Origin: Mizuhopecten yessoensis
Taxonomy: Eukaryota
Direction: 5' to 3'
NCBI RefSeq assembly: GCF_002113885.1
Contig: NW_018406762.1
Coordinates: 1,142,834-1,206,833, forward strand
DNA length: 64,000 nt
The notes beneath the pieces are model-generated. The model saw only the letters and a list, made by a program, of their open reading frames with translations. It ran no database searches and had not been told where the DNA came from. Shown in pieces: positions 23,532 through 35,118 of this stretch (positions are counted from its first letter, which is position 1; every line of letters begins with the position of its first letter). The translations under genes and the position numbers were made by a program.

Positions 23532-25173
23532 TTACTTTCCTGCCAATTTGCTGATCAGAGTAGCTTTCATCTCTTTTGCCATCTGTTCCATTTCTTCAAT
23601 GCGTTCACGGAGCTTGGCGTTATCGACGATCAGTCGTTCAGCCTCCCCTTCCATATTCGCATACTTCTGTTTACGAATTTCTCGGGATCTCCTAGACGCG
23701 ATGTTATTCTTTACTCTCCTCTCCCGATATTTTTGAACGGGGGCAACCTTCGCCTTAGGTTCTTCAAAGACATCATCGTCCTCAGTAGCAGACGATGTAC
23801 GAGATTTCTTAGAGACGTAGTCATGATCTATGCTGGCTGAAAATGACCCCATCTCATCAGATAGTACATCACCATGCTTGCGCTTCTGAGATTTTGTCTT
23901 GACAGGCTCATCAATTACTTCAGGCTCAGGCTCATCAATTACTTCAGGCTCCGGTTTCAATGAAACCTCTGGTTTACCCAAGTTGGAATCCTCCTGTAAA
24001 AATAAATTAAGATTGAAATATAAATTCCGTGTCACTTACTATATGAAACACAATTTGTTAAATGGATACAATTGTAGTTTGATATTACAGCATTGAAACG
24101 CGAGATTTAACAGATTGGATAACACACTTACCAGCTGGAGGAATCCTGTGAGGTCCATGAAGCTGTTGAGGTACTCGTCATCGACATCATCAGAGAAGGA
24201 AGTGAGGACGTCCATGATGTCTCCACCCATTTTATCCAAACTAGGTTCACCCCCCACTTCATCAACAAAATCAGTGTTCAGGTCAAAGGTCGTGGCAGCT
24301 GGATCAGGTTTGATTCCAGCCAGCTCTGTAACATACACAAATTAAAAGAAATATTGAGATTTGTGTTCTTTTTCAACAGTATATATATCTTTATAAATCG
24401 TCACCTGAATATATTTATCATTTCATACACTACACCATTTTTCATCTAGTCATTATACCTATTTATAAATATTGCATCTATTTTTAGATATTAAATATAC
24501 TGTATAAAATGCAAATGCATTGACATTTTGTTAAATTAAGTATTTATAACGGGGTCAATTAAATTGAAACATCCCTGCTTTCAACTTATCTGATTTCCTT
24601 GCAAAAGATCAACACATCACAATTTAATATTATTTACTACTTATATAATCCTATATACACATTCAAATTTGTAATATTTTCTGTCAATCAATAACGAATG
24701 ATTTATTTATAGATCGATTTTCACGGCTCGTCACTAAATACCCTTTCCGTGTTAAGCAGGTGCCCCTGGTTAGGAGATAAATATTTATACACGTGACCTG
24801 TGATAGATTACTCCCACGTGATCTGTCCTACCTACCGGCCAAACCCTTGTTTCGCCATATTGAAAATTTGACAGCCAACACTTATCACGATCAAAATTGT
24901 AAGATATCACAACAACACCACAAAAATAGTTTGACAACTAGAATATTCATTTACAGATATAGAACAGAACACAAAATTCCAATAACTTTACTTACCGTTG
25001 TCAAATAGGCCACTTGGATTCAGTGCCAAATGTAGAGAATTGTTGGAAATCGGGGGTGGCGACATCTGAAACGAGTCCGAAAATAGACTCATGTCCAGTG
25101 TGTCCAGCAAGTCCAGCCCCGATGTCCAACATGTCGACGAGCTCGTCGACGCTTCTTGGGACGAAGCAGCCAT
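23532..25173 (-). CDS. bZIP transcription factor, PAR / C-EBP-like basic region, 277 aa. Coding exons 25173-24996, 24325-24132, 23993-23532
   Basis: C-terminal KYRERRVKNNIASRRSREIRKQK basic region followed by a heptad zipper. Acidic N-terminal segment (DDVDDEYLNSFMDL). GT-AG junctions in phase 1 and 0. ATG 25173 has A at -3 and G at +4. Subfamily cannot be assigned by eye. Confidence 0.88.
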
Positions 25174-25210
25174 GCTCGGCGATGTTGATGCCAATCGTTT
25201 GTTCAAACAT
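25001..25210 (-). other. Overlapping out-of-frame uORF (69 aa) in the bZIP mRNA leader
   Basis: ATG 25210 (AAA ATG) is the only AUG in exon 2 before the main ATG, 37 nt upstream and in a different frame. Stop TGA 25003-25001 lies 5 nt before the exon donor. Confidence 0.7.
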
Positions 25211-25538
25211 TTTGCTAAATTCTGCCGTATTATTGGGTCCCCGTGAGAGTGAATTGTTACGATTTGTCGTAACTTTTCGATCTTGGATTTAATGTTCCAA
25301 GTGTCTACCTTCCCTCGGTCTCTCCCTTGGCTTCGTGCGAGCTCAGTGGGTAGAGTCGGTTTCTTCGTCACTCTTTCCTTTCTGACGGCGCCGGGCTTGG
25401 CCGGGACTAAAAAATGAAAGAAAAGAATATAAAACAGACGTTTCATGGTTTTGTGAGGATATTTCTTAAATAAGTGTTTAAGGGGTATCATTTTGGGACT
25501 ATTCATGATCTTCATCGTGAGATTTACACCACAATTAC

Positions 25539-25620
25539 CTGGCTTGTGTTTCTGCGTTCTTCTTCCTTGCCTACATTCGTATCACTGTCGTTTCTTACAC
25601 CGGCACGGCTTCTTATGGTG
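25539..25620 (-). other. Probable non-coding first exon of the bZIP gene containing an AUG-UAG start-stop element (25576-25571); spliced to acceptor at 25406
   Basis: Donor CAG|GTAATT at 25539/25538. Acceptor TTTCATTTTTTAG|TCCC at 25407/25406. TSS position is not directly visible. Confidence 0.6.
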
Positions 25621-25680
25621 CAATCCTTGATACTATTTTTAAAAATGACGACTTCCGGTAAGTTCACCGACCAATCAGAG
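25616..25680 (-). promoter_or_regulatory. Candidate bZIP core promoter
   Basis: Cluster of TGGTGCAAT (25616-25624, one mismatch to C/EBP-ATF TGATGCAAT), TA-rich TTTTAAAAATAG, CRE half-site TGACG (25646-25650), ETS site ACTTCCGG (25651-25658) and CCAATCAG (25671-25678) immediately upstream of the first exon. Confidence 0.5.
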
Positions 25681-26759
25681 AATCAGGAATGGACATGCTG
25701 AGATAAATATAAACATTACGATGTAATTCCCCGAAATAGAAAACTAAGCTTTCGGGATTACTCGGATATTTACATATCAATAAAAAAAAACCACAACATG
25801 TATCCGAATAAACCAATGGCTCTTCCGAGAAGCAACCCACACCTTTGGTTTTCCTACATTGAACACAATATCCAACTCTTTATTAAAATGTGTATTTTTA
25901 TTTAAAATTTCAAAAGGAGAGAAAAAAACCTAGCTAGTTCTAGTATAAGATTTGAAACAAGACAAGTTTATCAGGTCATTATAATAACAAAAATATATAT
26001 GAAATAAAAAAAACTTCCCGGTTGTGTCATTTAAACGGAAGAGCTGGGTGCTACGGGTGACCCTAACTAAATAATATACCCGTGTGCAAAAGTTAAATGC
26101 TGACGTATGTTTACAAACAGTAGAGTTGATCCGTGTCTGTATTGACATATTTATATATATATACGTTTATAGGTATATATATGTCAATGGTAGTATATGC
26201 CTACTGACGTCTTATCGTTTTAGAACCCATGCAAGTTGGGCGTAAAAACTAATGTACAGTCGCCATATATCTTGTGCAGACCACAATCTGACAAAGGTTG
26301 ACATTTTTTAATGAACAACATAATATACTTATTTGTTTATATAATATTATTTACGATGGGGACATTTTCATGACTTGATTTTTTTTACATAAAATGTCTA
26401 ACTTTCAAAGTTAAAATATCTCATCTTTGATAAATCTTTCTGCATCGACAGACACTTATTGAAATGAATTATCTTGACAATGTGCTAATTGCTAATTGTT
26501 TTTTTTCCTGAAGACTACGTTTAAAATATTACTATGTTTACAAATACATTTTGAATGGTTCGTCAAACGAATATTTAAAAAGTGTCATCAAGCTGAACGT
26601 GCAGTAATTAATTAGTCACGTAAAGTCACAGTAAGTGCGCTTTATCTACTTACCCTGTTGGCGATTCTACCACCTTGTACATTTGTATTATCGATCCCCA
26701 CCCAGCATGAAATATAAAACAACCCCAGAGGCTCATTTCGTACCCTGCTCTGGAGCTGT

Positions 26760-27050
26760 TGTCTCTTGGATACCAATTCTGATCGCAGCATCCGAGACGA
26801 TTTGAAGACGCTTCAGTTTGGCTGTGACATTGAATACAAGTTTGGAGTTGTGTGTATACAATCTGTTTTATATACTACTGGCATGGCCTAATACAATGCT
26901 ACACGTCAGTATTTAACTGGAATGTTCCTTACAACAGGATCCTGGGAGGTGGAATTTTCTGGAATATATTTCTACCAATACAGCAAAAACCATCCATGTG
27001 AAACATTTATGGGTGATTAACTATTCTAGAGTGTTCCAGCACCTGTACTA
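26760..27050 (+). mobile_element. Possible ancient, frameshifted RTE-like LINE remnant
   Basis: Broken frames give LNTSLELCVYN..ILL and RILGGGIFW, reminiscent of post-RT motifs TKLRxYN..ILLYG and RRILGIxW. Heavily decayed. Confidence 0.25.
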
Positions 27051-27254
27051 ACTGTTCAGGTCGAGATGATGCTAGTGTGCAGCCGATAGAGCATAACAGT
27101 TTTGACTTTAATTGTGGATTTATTGCACCATTTAAATCATATTGCTTCGAAATGTAACAAAACTGTTAATATATAGTTCTTCAAATTGACAAGATGTTAG
27201 TCAGCAACTATACTCAACAAATATTGGGGGGGTTTCCTGGCGGTAAAGCTGTGT

Positions 27255-27590
27255 CGTTATACACAGGTTTTATACAGGAGTACTGTTAAACACAGGTCTT
27301 ACATAGAGCGGTATAACTGTACTATAACGGTACAACTATACCACTCTGAATAAAACATGCCTCTTACTGTACAACTAAACCAATCTGTATACAACCTGTT
27401 TTATACAGATTGGTTTAGTTGTACAGTAAGAGACATGTTTTATACAGAACGGTATAGTTTTGCTGTTATAGACAGGTTTTATACAGATTGGTTTAGTTGT
27501 ACAGTAAGAGACATGTTTTATTCAGAGTGGTATAGTTGTACCGTTATAGACAGGTTTTTCATGGAGCTGTATAGAGGTATTGCTTGTATT
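27255..27590. repeat. Satellite A fragment (GTTATAGACAGGTTTTATACAG motif) with an internal inverted segment
   Basis: Same motif as 29281-31330; 27325-27398 is the reverse complement of 27472-27547. Confidence 0.8.
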
Positions 27591-27716
27591 CCCTTTAGGG
27601 AGGTTCAGCATCTTTGGTTGTCCTTTATACACAGGTGTCTGTATTGAACGGGATGGCCTCTGGTACTTACCTATACAATATCCGTTTGAGATACAGTTTA
27701 GAGTCACTTCTTTATT

Positions 27717-29010
27717 TGCATCTGATTAGTGGAAATGATTACAAGATGTTACTTGTATAGTGTACCCACCTACACGATCAATGTTACCAGTTAACCATAC
27801 CGGTATACTAGCTAAAGTATAGATTTACTGTAATTGATTGTCATATCTTCTGTCGGTGAAGGTCAGGGTTATATTTTCAGAATTCGGGTCACACACGTTC
27901 TGTGCTAGGCTAGAGCCGACAATAGTATTCCGTGCTGATGCAATATCTCGAAATAGTAACGACACCCGGCCAACTGAGCATGACCAGGTATGCGGTGGTG
28001 AAATACAGGAAGTCGTGTGTAAATTTACTGTTTATTACGATGACGAAATACCTGTACTTTGTTATGATACTCGGCTTCACCTAATATCACCTCTGAAACT
28101 TATAATATATTCTTGTATTTGAAATTTAAATGATCTCATCAATTATTTGTGTGACATTAATATGGGAAGAGGGCGCGGGGACGAGAAGGAGTGGGTTTGT
28201 GGTGAATTGTATTGATATATTAGGCCAAGAGCTCTTTTGTTTAAAGTATGTTAAGCTTCTTGTCAACTTCACGCAAAAAACTTTTTCTCGAGTTTATTTT
28301 CAGACGTATTAAGATTCACAATAAACAACATAATTGGATATTCAAAACAATCGCCAAAAGACTTGTCTTCGAAGGAAGTAGTTGTATTTCGGGTATTTCT
28401 CGATAATACTATTTTGAACATTTTGATTTTCACTCGTTAAACAAACCAGACTTTGTATATCCTGGTTCTGTTGTTTTAACCTGGTTGGCTTAAAAGGTCA
28501 TCAACGCGACTAAACTAGAAACAATGTATTATAAATTAAAATAAGAAGTATCTGATAATTTACAATCATATTTGCGTTTCTGTCTTATATGAATTACTTT
28601 GAAGATCAACATATGTAATTCTAGATCTGAATTCCAATGTACAAGACCGGGAACAAAATGTGCTATGTTCTCGTTAAGCTGTCAATGCATTGAAAAACTG
28701 GCAAAAGAAAACGATGATATCAAAAATAAAACTTCACAATAGAGTTTTAATAGCTCACAGACTTTAAGTATTGATTGAATAATTTATAAGATAATGCAAC
28801 AGACACAACTACATTACGTGTTACATGTATTCTAAGTATTTGGTACCTTGGGGTTTTTTTTCATTTAAGAGAAAACTAATTTCATTTGTGAACGTATAGT
28901 ATAAAATATCAAACACACTTGCCATAGCCACATTGGCCCTCCCAACTATACAAGCTCGCGTAAATCATGCAGTCAATACAAAGAATTTGTCAGCAGTTTG
29001 CATATCTATG
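27717..29010 (+). repeat. Segmental duplication, copy 1 (~1.3 kb non-coding block)
   Basis: Aligns by eye with 31682-34430, starting TGCATCTGATTAGTG. Confidence 0.9.
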
Positions 29011-29280
29011 TAAACTTAAACCTGTATAATCAGAAAACCTGTATAAGTCAGAACTATAACGAGGTTCCATTTTATAATTTCTATGTAAACTTAACCTGTG
29101 TAATAAGAAAACCTGTATAAATCATAACTATAACAAGGTTCCACTATATTCATTTCTATGTAAAGTTGTCCTGTGAGACCAGAAAACCTGTATAAATCAG
29201 AACTATAACAAGGTTCCACTTTATACATTTCGATGTAAACTTAACCGGTGTAATCAGAAAACCTGTATAAATCAGTACTA
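29005..29280 (+). repeat. Satellite B (~63-bp unit), first block
   Basis: TATGTAAACTTAACCTGTGTAATCAGAAAACCTGTATAAATCAGAACTATAAC... repeated. Confidence 0.85.
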
Positions 29281-31330
29281 TTATAGACAGGTTTTATACA
29301 GACACGTAAAGTTGTAACGATATAAACAGGTTGATACAGAGAGGTATAGTTGTAACGTTATAGACAGGCTTGATACAGAGTTGTATATAGTTGTAACGTT
29401 ATAGACAGGCTTGATACAGAGTTGGATATAGTTGTAACGTTATAGACAGGCTTGATACAGAGGTGTATATAGTTGTAACGTTATAGACAGGCTTGATACA
29501 GAGTTGGATATAGTTGTAACGTTATAGACAGGCTTGATACAGAGTTCTATATAGTTGTAACGTTATAGACAGGTTGATACAGAGTTGTATATAGGTGTAA
29601 CGTTATAGACAGGTTTTATACAGACACGTATAGTTGTAACGTTATAGACAGGCTTGATACAGAGTTGGATATAGTTGTAACGTTATAGACAGGCTTGATA
29701 CAGAGAGGTATAGTTGTAACGTTATAGACAGGTTGATACAGAATTGTATATAGTTGTAACGTTATATACAGGTTTTATACAGACGCGTATAGTTGTAACG
29801 TTATAGACAGGCTTGATACAGAGTTGGATATAGTTGTAACGTTATAGACAGGCTTGATACAGAGTTGTGTATAGTTGTACCGTTATAGACAGGTTGATAC
29901 AGAGCTGTATATAGTTGTAACGTTATAGACAGGCTTGATACAGAGTTGTGTATAGTTGTACCGTTATAGACAGGTTGATACAGAGGTGTATATAGTTGTA
30001 ACGTTATAGACAGGCTTGATACAGAGTTGTTTATAGTTGTAACGTTATAGACAGGCTTGATACAGAGTTGGATATAGTTGTACCGTTATAGACAGGTTGA
30101 TACAGAGCTGTATATAGTTGTAACGTTATAGACAGGCTTGATTCAGAGTTGTATATAGTTGTAACGTTATAGACAGGTTTTATACAGAGAGGTATATAGT
30201 TGTAACGTTATAGACAGGCTTGATACAGAGTTGTATATAGTTGTAACGTTATAGACAGGTTGATACAGAGCGGTATAGTTGTAACGTTATAGACAGGCTT
30301 GATACAGAGATGTATATAGTTGTAACGTTATAGACAGGTTGATACAGAGAGGTACAGTTGTAACGTTATAGACAGGCTTGATACAGAGTTGTTTATAGTT
30401 GTAACGTTATAGACAGGTTGATACAGAGAGGTATAGTTGTAACGTTATAGACAGGGTGATACAGAGTTGTATATAGTTGTAACGTTATAGACAGGTTGAT
30501 ACAGAGAGGTATAGTTGTAACGTTATAGACAGGCTTGATACAGACACATAAAGTTGTACCGTAATAAACAGGTTGATACAGAGAGGTATAGTTGAACCGT
30601 TATAGACAGGTTTTATACAGAGTTGTATAGTTGTACCGTTATAGACAGGTTTTAAACGGAGTGGTATAGTTGTAACGTTATAGACAGGTTTTAAACGCAG
30701 TGGTGTAGTTGTACAGTTAGGGACAGAATTTTATACGGTGTGATTTAGCTGTTCTGTTATAGACATGTTTTATACGGATCGATATAGTTGTATCATGATA
30801 GACAGATTGATACAGAGAGGTATAGTTGACCGTTATAGACAGGTTTCATATGGAAAGGTATATTTGCACCGTTATAGACAGGTTTTATACGGAGCGGTAT
30901 AGATGTACCGTTATAGACAGGGTTATACAGAACGGTATAGTTGTATCGTTATAGACAGATTGATACAGAGAGGTATAGTTGACCGTTATAGACAGGTTTC
31001 ATATGGAAAGGTATACTTGTACCGTTATAGACAGGTTTTATACGGAGCGGTATAGATGTACCGTTATAGACAGGGTTATACAGAACGGTATGGTTTCGCC
31101 GTTATAGACAGGTTTTATATAGATTGGTATAGTTGTACAGTAAGATTCATATTTTATTCAGAGTGGTATAGTTGTACCGTTATAGACAGGTTTTATACGG
31201 AGCTGTATGGTTGTACCGTTATAGACAGGTTTTATATGGAAAGGTATACTTGTACCGCTATAGACAGGTTTTATTCAGAGTGGTATAGTTGTACCAATAT
31301 AGGCAGGTTTTATACGGAGCTGTATATAGG
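29281..31330 (+). repeat. Satellite A (~38-41-bp unit, ~50 copies)
   Basis: GTTATAGACAGG(C)TTGATACAGAGTTGTATATAGTTGTAAC; homogeneous to ~30540, then more diverged. Confidence 0.95.
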
Positions 31331-31681
31331 TATTGCTTGCATTTCTTAATAACAGACATTCCGTGCGATAACATTTCATTGTATGTGATGACAGCCTTAT
31401 CGGGATGTAATTTGTCATACTTGGCAACCTTTACGTCTGATGGTTTCACATGTTTCTGTACCATGGCTGTTTTCGGCCGTTATTTTTGTACAGAAAGATA
31501 CAAAAGCAACGTGTTGATTTTATTTCCGCTTTCATATCTTTGTATACCATGGTACACTTTTTACATGGTACACAAAGATTTGAATTTTCATATCTTTGCG
31601 TACCATATAAAAGCGTACGTGGTACAAAAAGATATGAAAATTCATATCTTTTTGTCAGGCTCTTGTCGGTCATCGTAGCAA

Positions 31682-34430
31682 TGCATCTGATTAGTGAAAA
31701 TGATTACAAGATGTTACTAGTATAGTGTACCCACCTACACGATCAATGTTATGAGTTAACCATACTGGTATACTAGCTAAAGTATAGATTTACTGTAATT
31801 GATCGTCATATCTTCTGTCGGTGAAGGTCAGGGTTATATTTTCAGAATTCGGGTCACACTAGTTCTGTGCTAGGCCAGAGCCGGCAATAGTAGTATTTCG
31901 TGCTGATGCAATATCTCGAAATAGTAACGATACCCACTGAGCATGACCGGGTATGCGGTGGTGAAATACAGGAAGTCAAGTTCAAGTTCTTTATTCACCA
32001 AAAGTCTTAAGACTTATAGGTACAAAGCAATCATGATACATTGTACATGTATATATGTTATAGGAGAGTGACTATAAGCATACAAGTGCAAACTAAACAA
32101 AGAACATAATACAAAAGCACAAAAATTATAAATACGTGTAGCTAATTAATCAATTTCGCCGCTTAGTGGCTAGATATAAATATTTACCTAGATTTGACAA
32201 CTCTTTGACATTATTTACAGATAAAAGTTGGACAAGTTTGTAAACAGAGGGACTCTTATAATAATACTTCTTTATATACTTTAACCTCAAATCATTATAA
32301 AAAGGACATACAAAAATGAAATGAAATTCGTCCTCGACGTCTCCCAAATCACATTTGCTACAGTTTCTATTTCTGCGAATGATATTATTGTGTCTACCCT
32401 TTTCGATATTCAGTTGATGAGACGACGTTCTAAATTTAGTTAACATATATTTGTATTTTGTTTCAATATGTTTACGGAGATAAAACTGAATACTATGACT
32501 GTCTATAAGATATTGATATAGTCTACCTTTTGATGAAGCTGCTATCTTTGCCAACATATTTTGCTTAGTAACATCTTTCAATCTGTGTTCAATAATTTCA
32601 AAAGTGTTTACCAATTGTAGATTCAATTCAAAAATATAATCAAGACCTAGGGCAGTTAATCCATTCTTAATGTTACAAATCCACGGATCATTCACGTTGA
32701 CACATTCATCATAACAAGTTTTTAATATCAAATTATCAGATTTCGTAAACTTCAACCAATATTTGAATACTTTTAGCTTTCTTGTAACAATTAATGGGAG
32801 TCTACCCAATTCACAATAAACTAAATCATTGAATGTAGATTTACATACTCTAAGGACTTTTTTGCAGAAATTCAAATGAACTCTCTCTATATCAGGAGCT
32901 TTGTGAAACCCCCATATTTCTGCACCATAGCTTAAGATGCTGCCGACATAAATATCAAAGACAGAGCATTGGGTTTCCAAATTCAAACAATGGTTCTTTA
33001 AAGAGGATGAAAATGAAAATAAAGCCTTTCTTCCTTGGTCCGCTAAATGCTAAAAGTCGTGTGTAAATTAATTGGCGTTCATCCAAATGTCCCAGTTTTC
33101 CTGTTTACTACGATGACGAAATACCTGTACTTTGTTATGATACACGGATCCACCTTATATCTCATCTGAAACTTAAAATATTTCTTGTATTTGAAATTAA
33201 AATGATCTCGTCAATTATTTGGGTGACATTAATATGGGAAGAGGGCGCGGGGACGAGAAGGAGTGGGTTTGTGGTGTGTTGTATTAATATATTAGGTCAA
33301 GAGCTCTTTTGTTTAAAGTATGATAAGCTTTTTGTCAACTTCACGCAAAAACCTTTTTTCGAGTTTCTTTTCAGACGTATTTTGAAATTCACAATTAAAA
33401 ACATAATTGGATATTTAAAACAATTGCCAAAGACTTGTCTTCGAAGGAAGTAGTTGTATTTCGGATATTTCTCGATAATCCTATTTTGAACATTTTGATT
33501 TTCATTCGTTAAACAAACCAGACTTTGTATATCCTGGTTCTGTTGTTTTAACCTGGTTGGCTTAAAAGGTCATCAACGCGACCAAACCATTTTGTTTTTA
33601 TTATAAATTAAAATAAGAAGTATCTGATCATAATTTACAATCATATTTGCGTTTCTGTCTTATATGAATTACTTTGAAGATCAACATATGTAATTCTATT
33701 TCAGAATTCCTGGAAATATTTGTGTTAAAGTCTCGTTAAGCTGTCAATGCATTGAAAAACTAGGGAAAAACAAAACGATGTTGAAATGGTAAGGAAAGAT
33801 GGAATAATGAAGATAAAGGTTGTTTGTTGATAAGTCACGTGCTGTTACGCTTTAGATCAGAAGGGTTACAAGCCTCATCATCTTGTTATTTTTTAACATT
33901 CAGAGATATACGATGGCCGATAGCGGCCGTCATATCTTACATGTACCTTTTTTATTTGTGCATGTACACACGTTATATCTAATATGTATGTATTTTTATA
34001 TTTGTTTTTTAAAATTGTACATGTACACATCTTATACCTTATACCTATTAACATTCCAAAAGGCGGAGTAAAGCAGACGACTTCTAGTTGATCCATAGCT
34101 TTTGTTAAGAATATAAACCGGTCTATTTCAGTCGACATTATATAGAGATTCATTTTTGATCAAAAATAAAACTTCACAACAGAGTTTGAATATAACGCCA
34201 ACAGGTCACAGACTTAAAGTATTGGTTGAATGATTTATGAGATAATGCAACAGACACAACCACATTACGTGTTACATTTACTCTAAGTCTGTGGATACCT
34301 TGGGGTTTTTTTCATTTAAAAGAAAACTTATTTCATTTGTGTACGTATAGTATAAACATTGGCCCTTCCAACAATACAAGCTCGCGTAAATCATGCAGTC
34401 AATACAAAGAATTTGTCAACAGTTTGCATA
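31682..34430 (+). repeat. Segmental duplication, copy 2, interrupted by a LINE (31978-33053) and a ~380-bp extra segment (~33781-34157)
   Basis: Colinear with 27717-29010 on both sides of each insertion. Confidence 0.9.
31978..33053 (-). mobile_element. 5'-truncated non-LTR retrotransposon (RTEX-like ORF2 C-terminus) with 5-bp TSD AAGTC
   Basis: Uninterrupted ORF 32986-32150 with FDIYVGSILSYGAEIWG, ELGRLPL, KFRTSSHQLNIEKGR and C-x2-C..EDEFHF..CP zinc motif. 3' end AATAAAG(AACTTG)2. AAGTC at 31973-31977 and 33054-33058. The empty site is visible in duplicate copy 1 (GGAAGTCGTGTG). Clade is inferred. Confidence 0.9.
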
Positions 34431-34439
34431 TAGTATACA

Positions 34440-35118
34440 TATCTATGTAAACTTAAACCTGTAAAATCAGAAAACCTGTATAAATCAGAACTATAATTAG
34501 GTCCCACCGTACACATTTTTATGTAAACTTCACCTGTGTAATCAGAAAACCTGCATAAATCAGAACTATAACTTGGTTCCACTATATACATTTCTATGTA
34601 AACTTAACCTGTGTTATTCGAAAACCTGTATAAATCAGAACTATAAATAGGTCCCACTTTATACATTTCTATGTAAACTTAACCTGTGTAATCAGAAAAC
34701 CTGTATAAATCAGAACTATAACTAGGTCCGACTATATACATTTCTATGTAAACTTAAACCTGTGTAATCAGAAAACCTGTATAAATCAGAACTATAACTA
34801 TACATATCTATGTAAACTTAAACCTGTATAATCAGAAAAGCTGTATAAATCAGAACTACAACAAGGTCCCACTATATACATATCTATGTAAACTTAACCT
34901 GTATAATCAGAAAACCTGTATAATCAGAACTATAACTAGGTCCCACTATATACATTTCTATGTAAACTTAAACCTGTGTAATCAGAAAACCTGTATAAAT
35001 CAGATCTTAAACTAGGTCCCACTATATAATTTCTATATAAACTTAACCTGTGTAATCAGAAAACCTGTATAAATCAGAACTATAATTTAGTCCCACTATA
35101 TACATTTCTTTGTAAACT
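34440..35118 (+). repeat. Satellite B (~63-bp unit), second block, ~11 copies
   Basis: Same unit as 29005-29280. Confidence 0.9.

Noticed and set aside
24988-25515. 175-aa ORF starting at 25515 as the bZIP N-terminus
   Set aside because: Its first 36 codons lie in the predicted intron 25538-25407 and read through a polypyrimidine tract.
28130-33453. Duplicated small ORFs MISSII.VTLIWEEGAG (28130 and 33202) as a gene pair
   Set aside because: Lengths differ by a frameshift, there are no motifs or splice structure, and similarity is explained by the DNA duplication.
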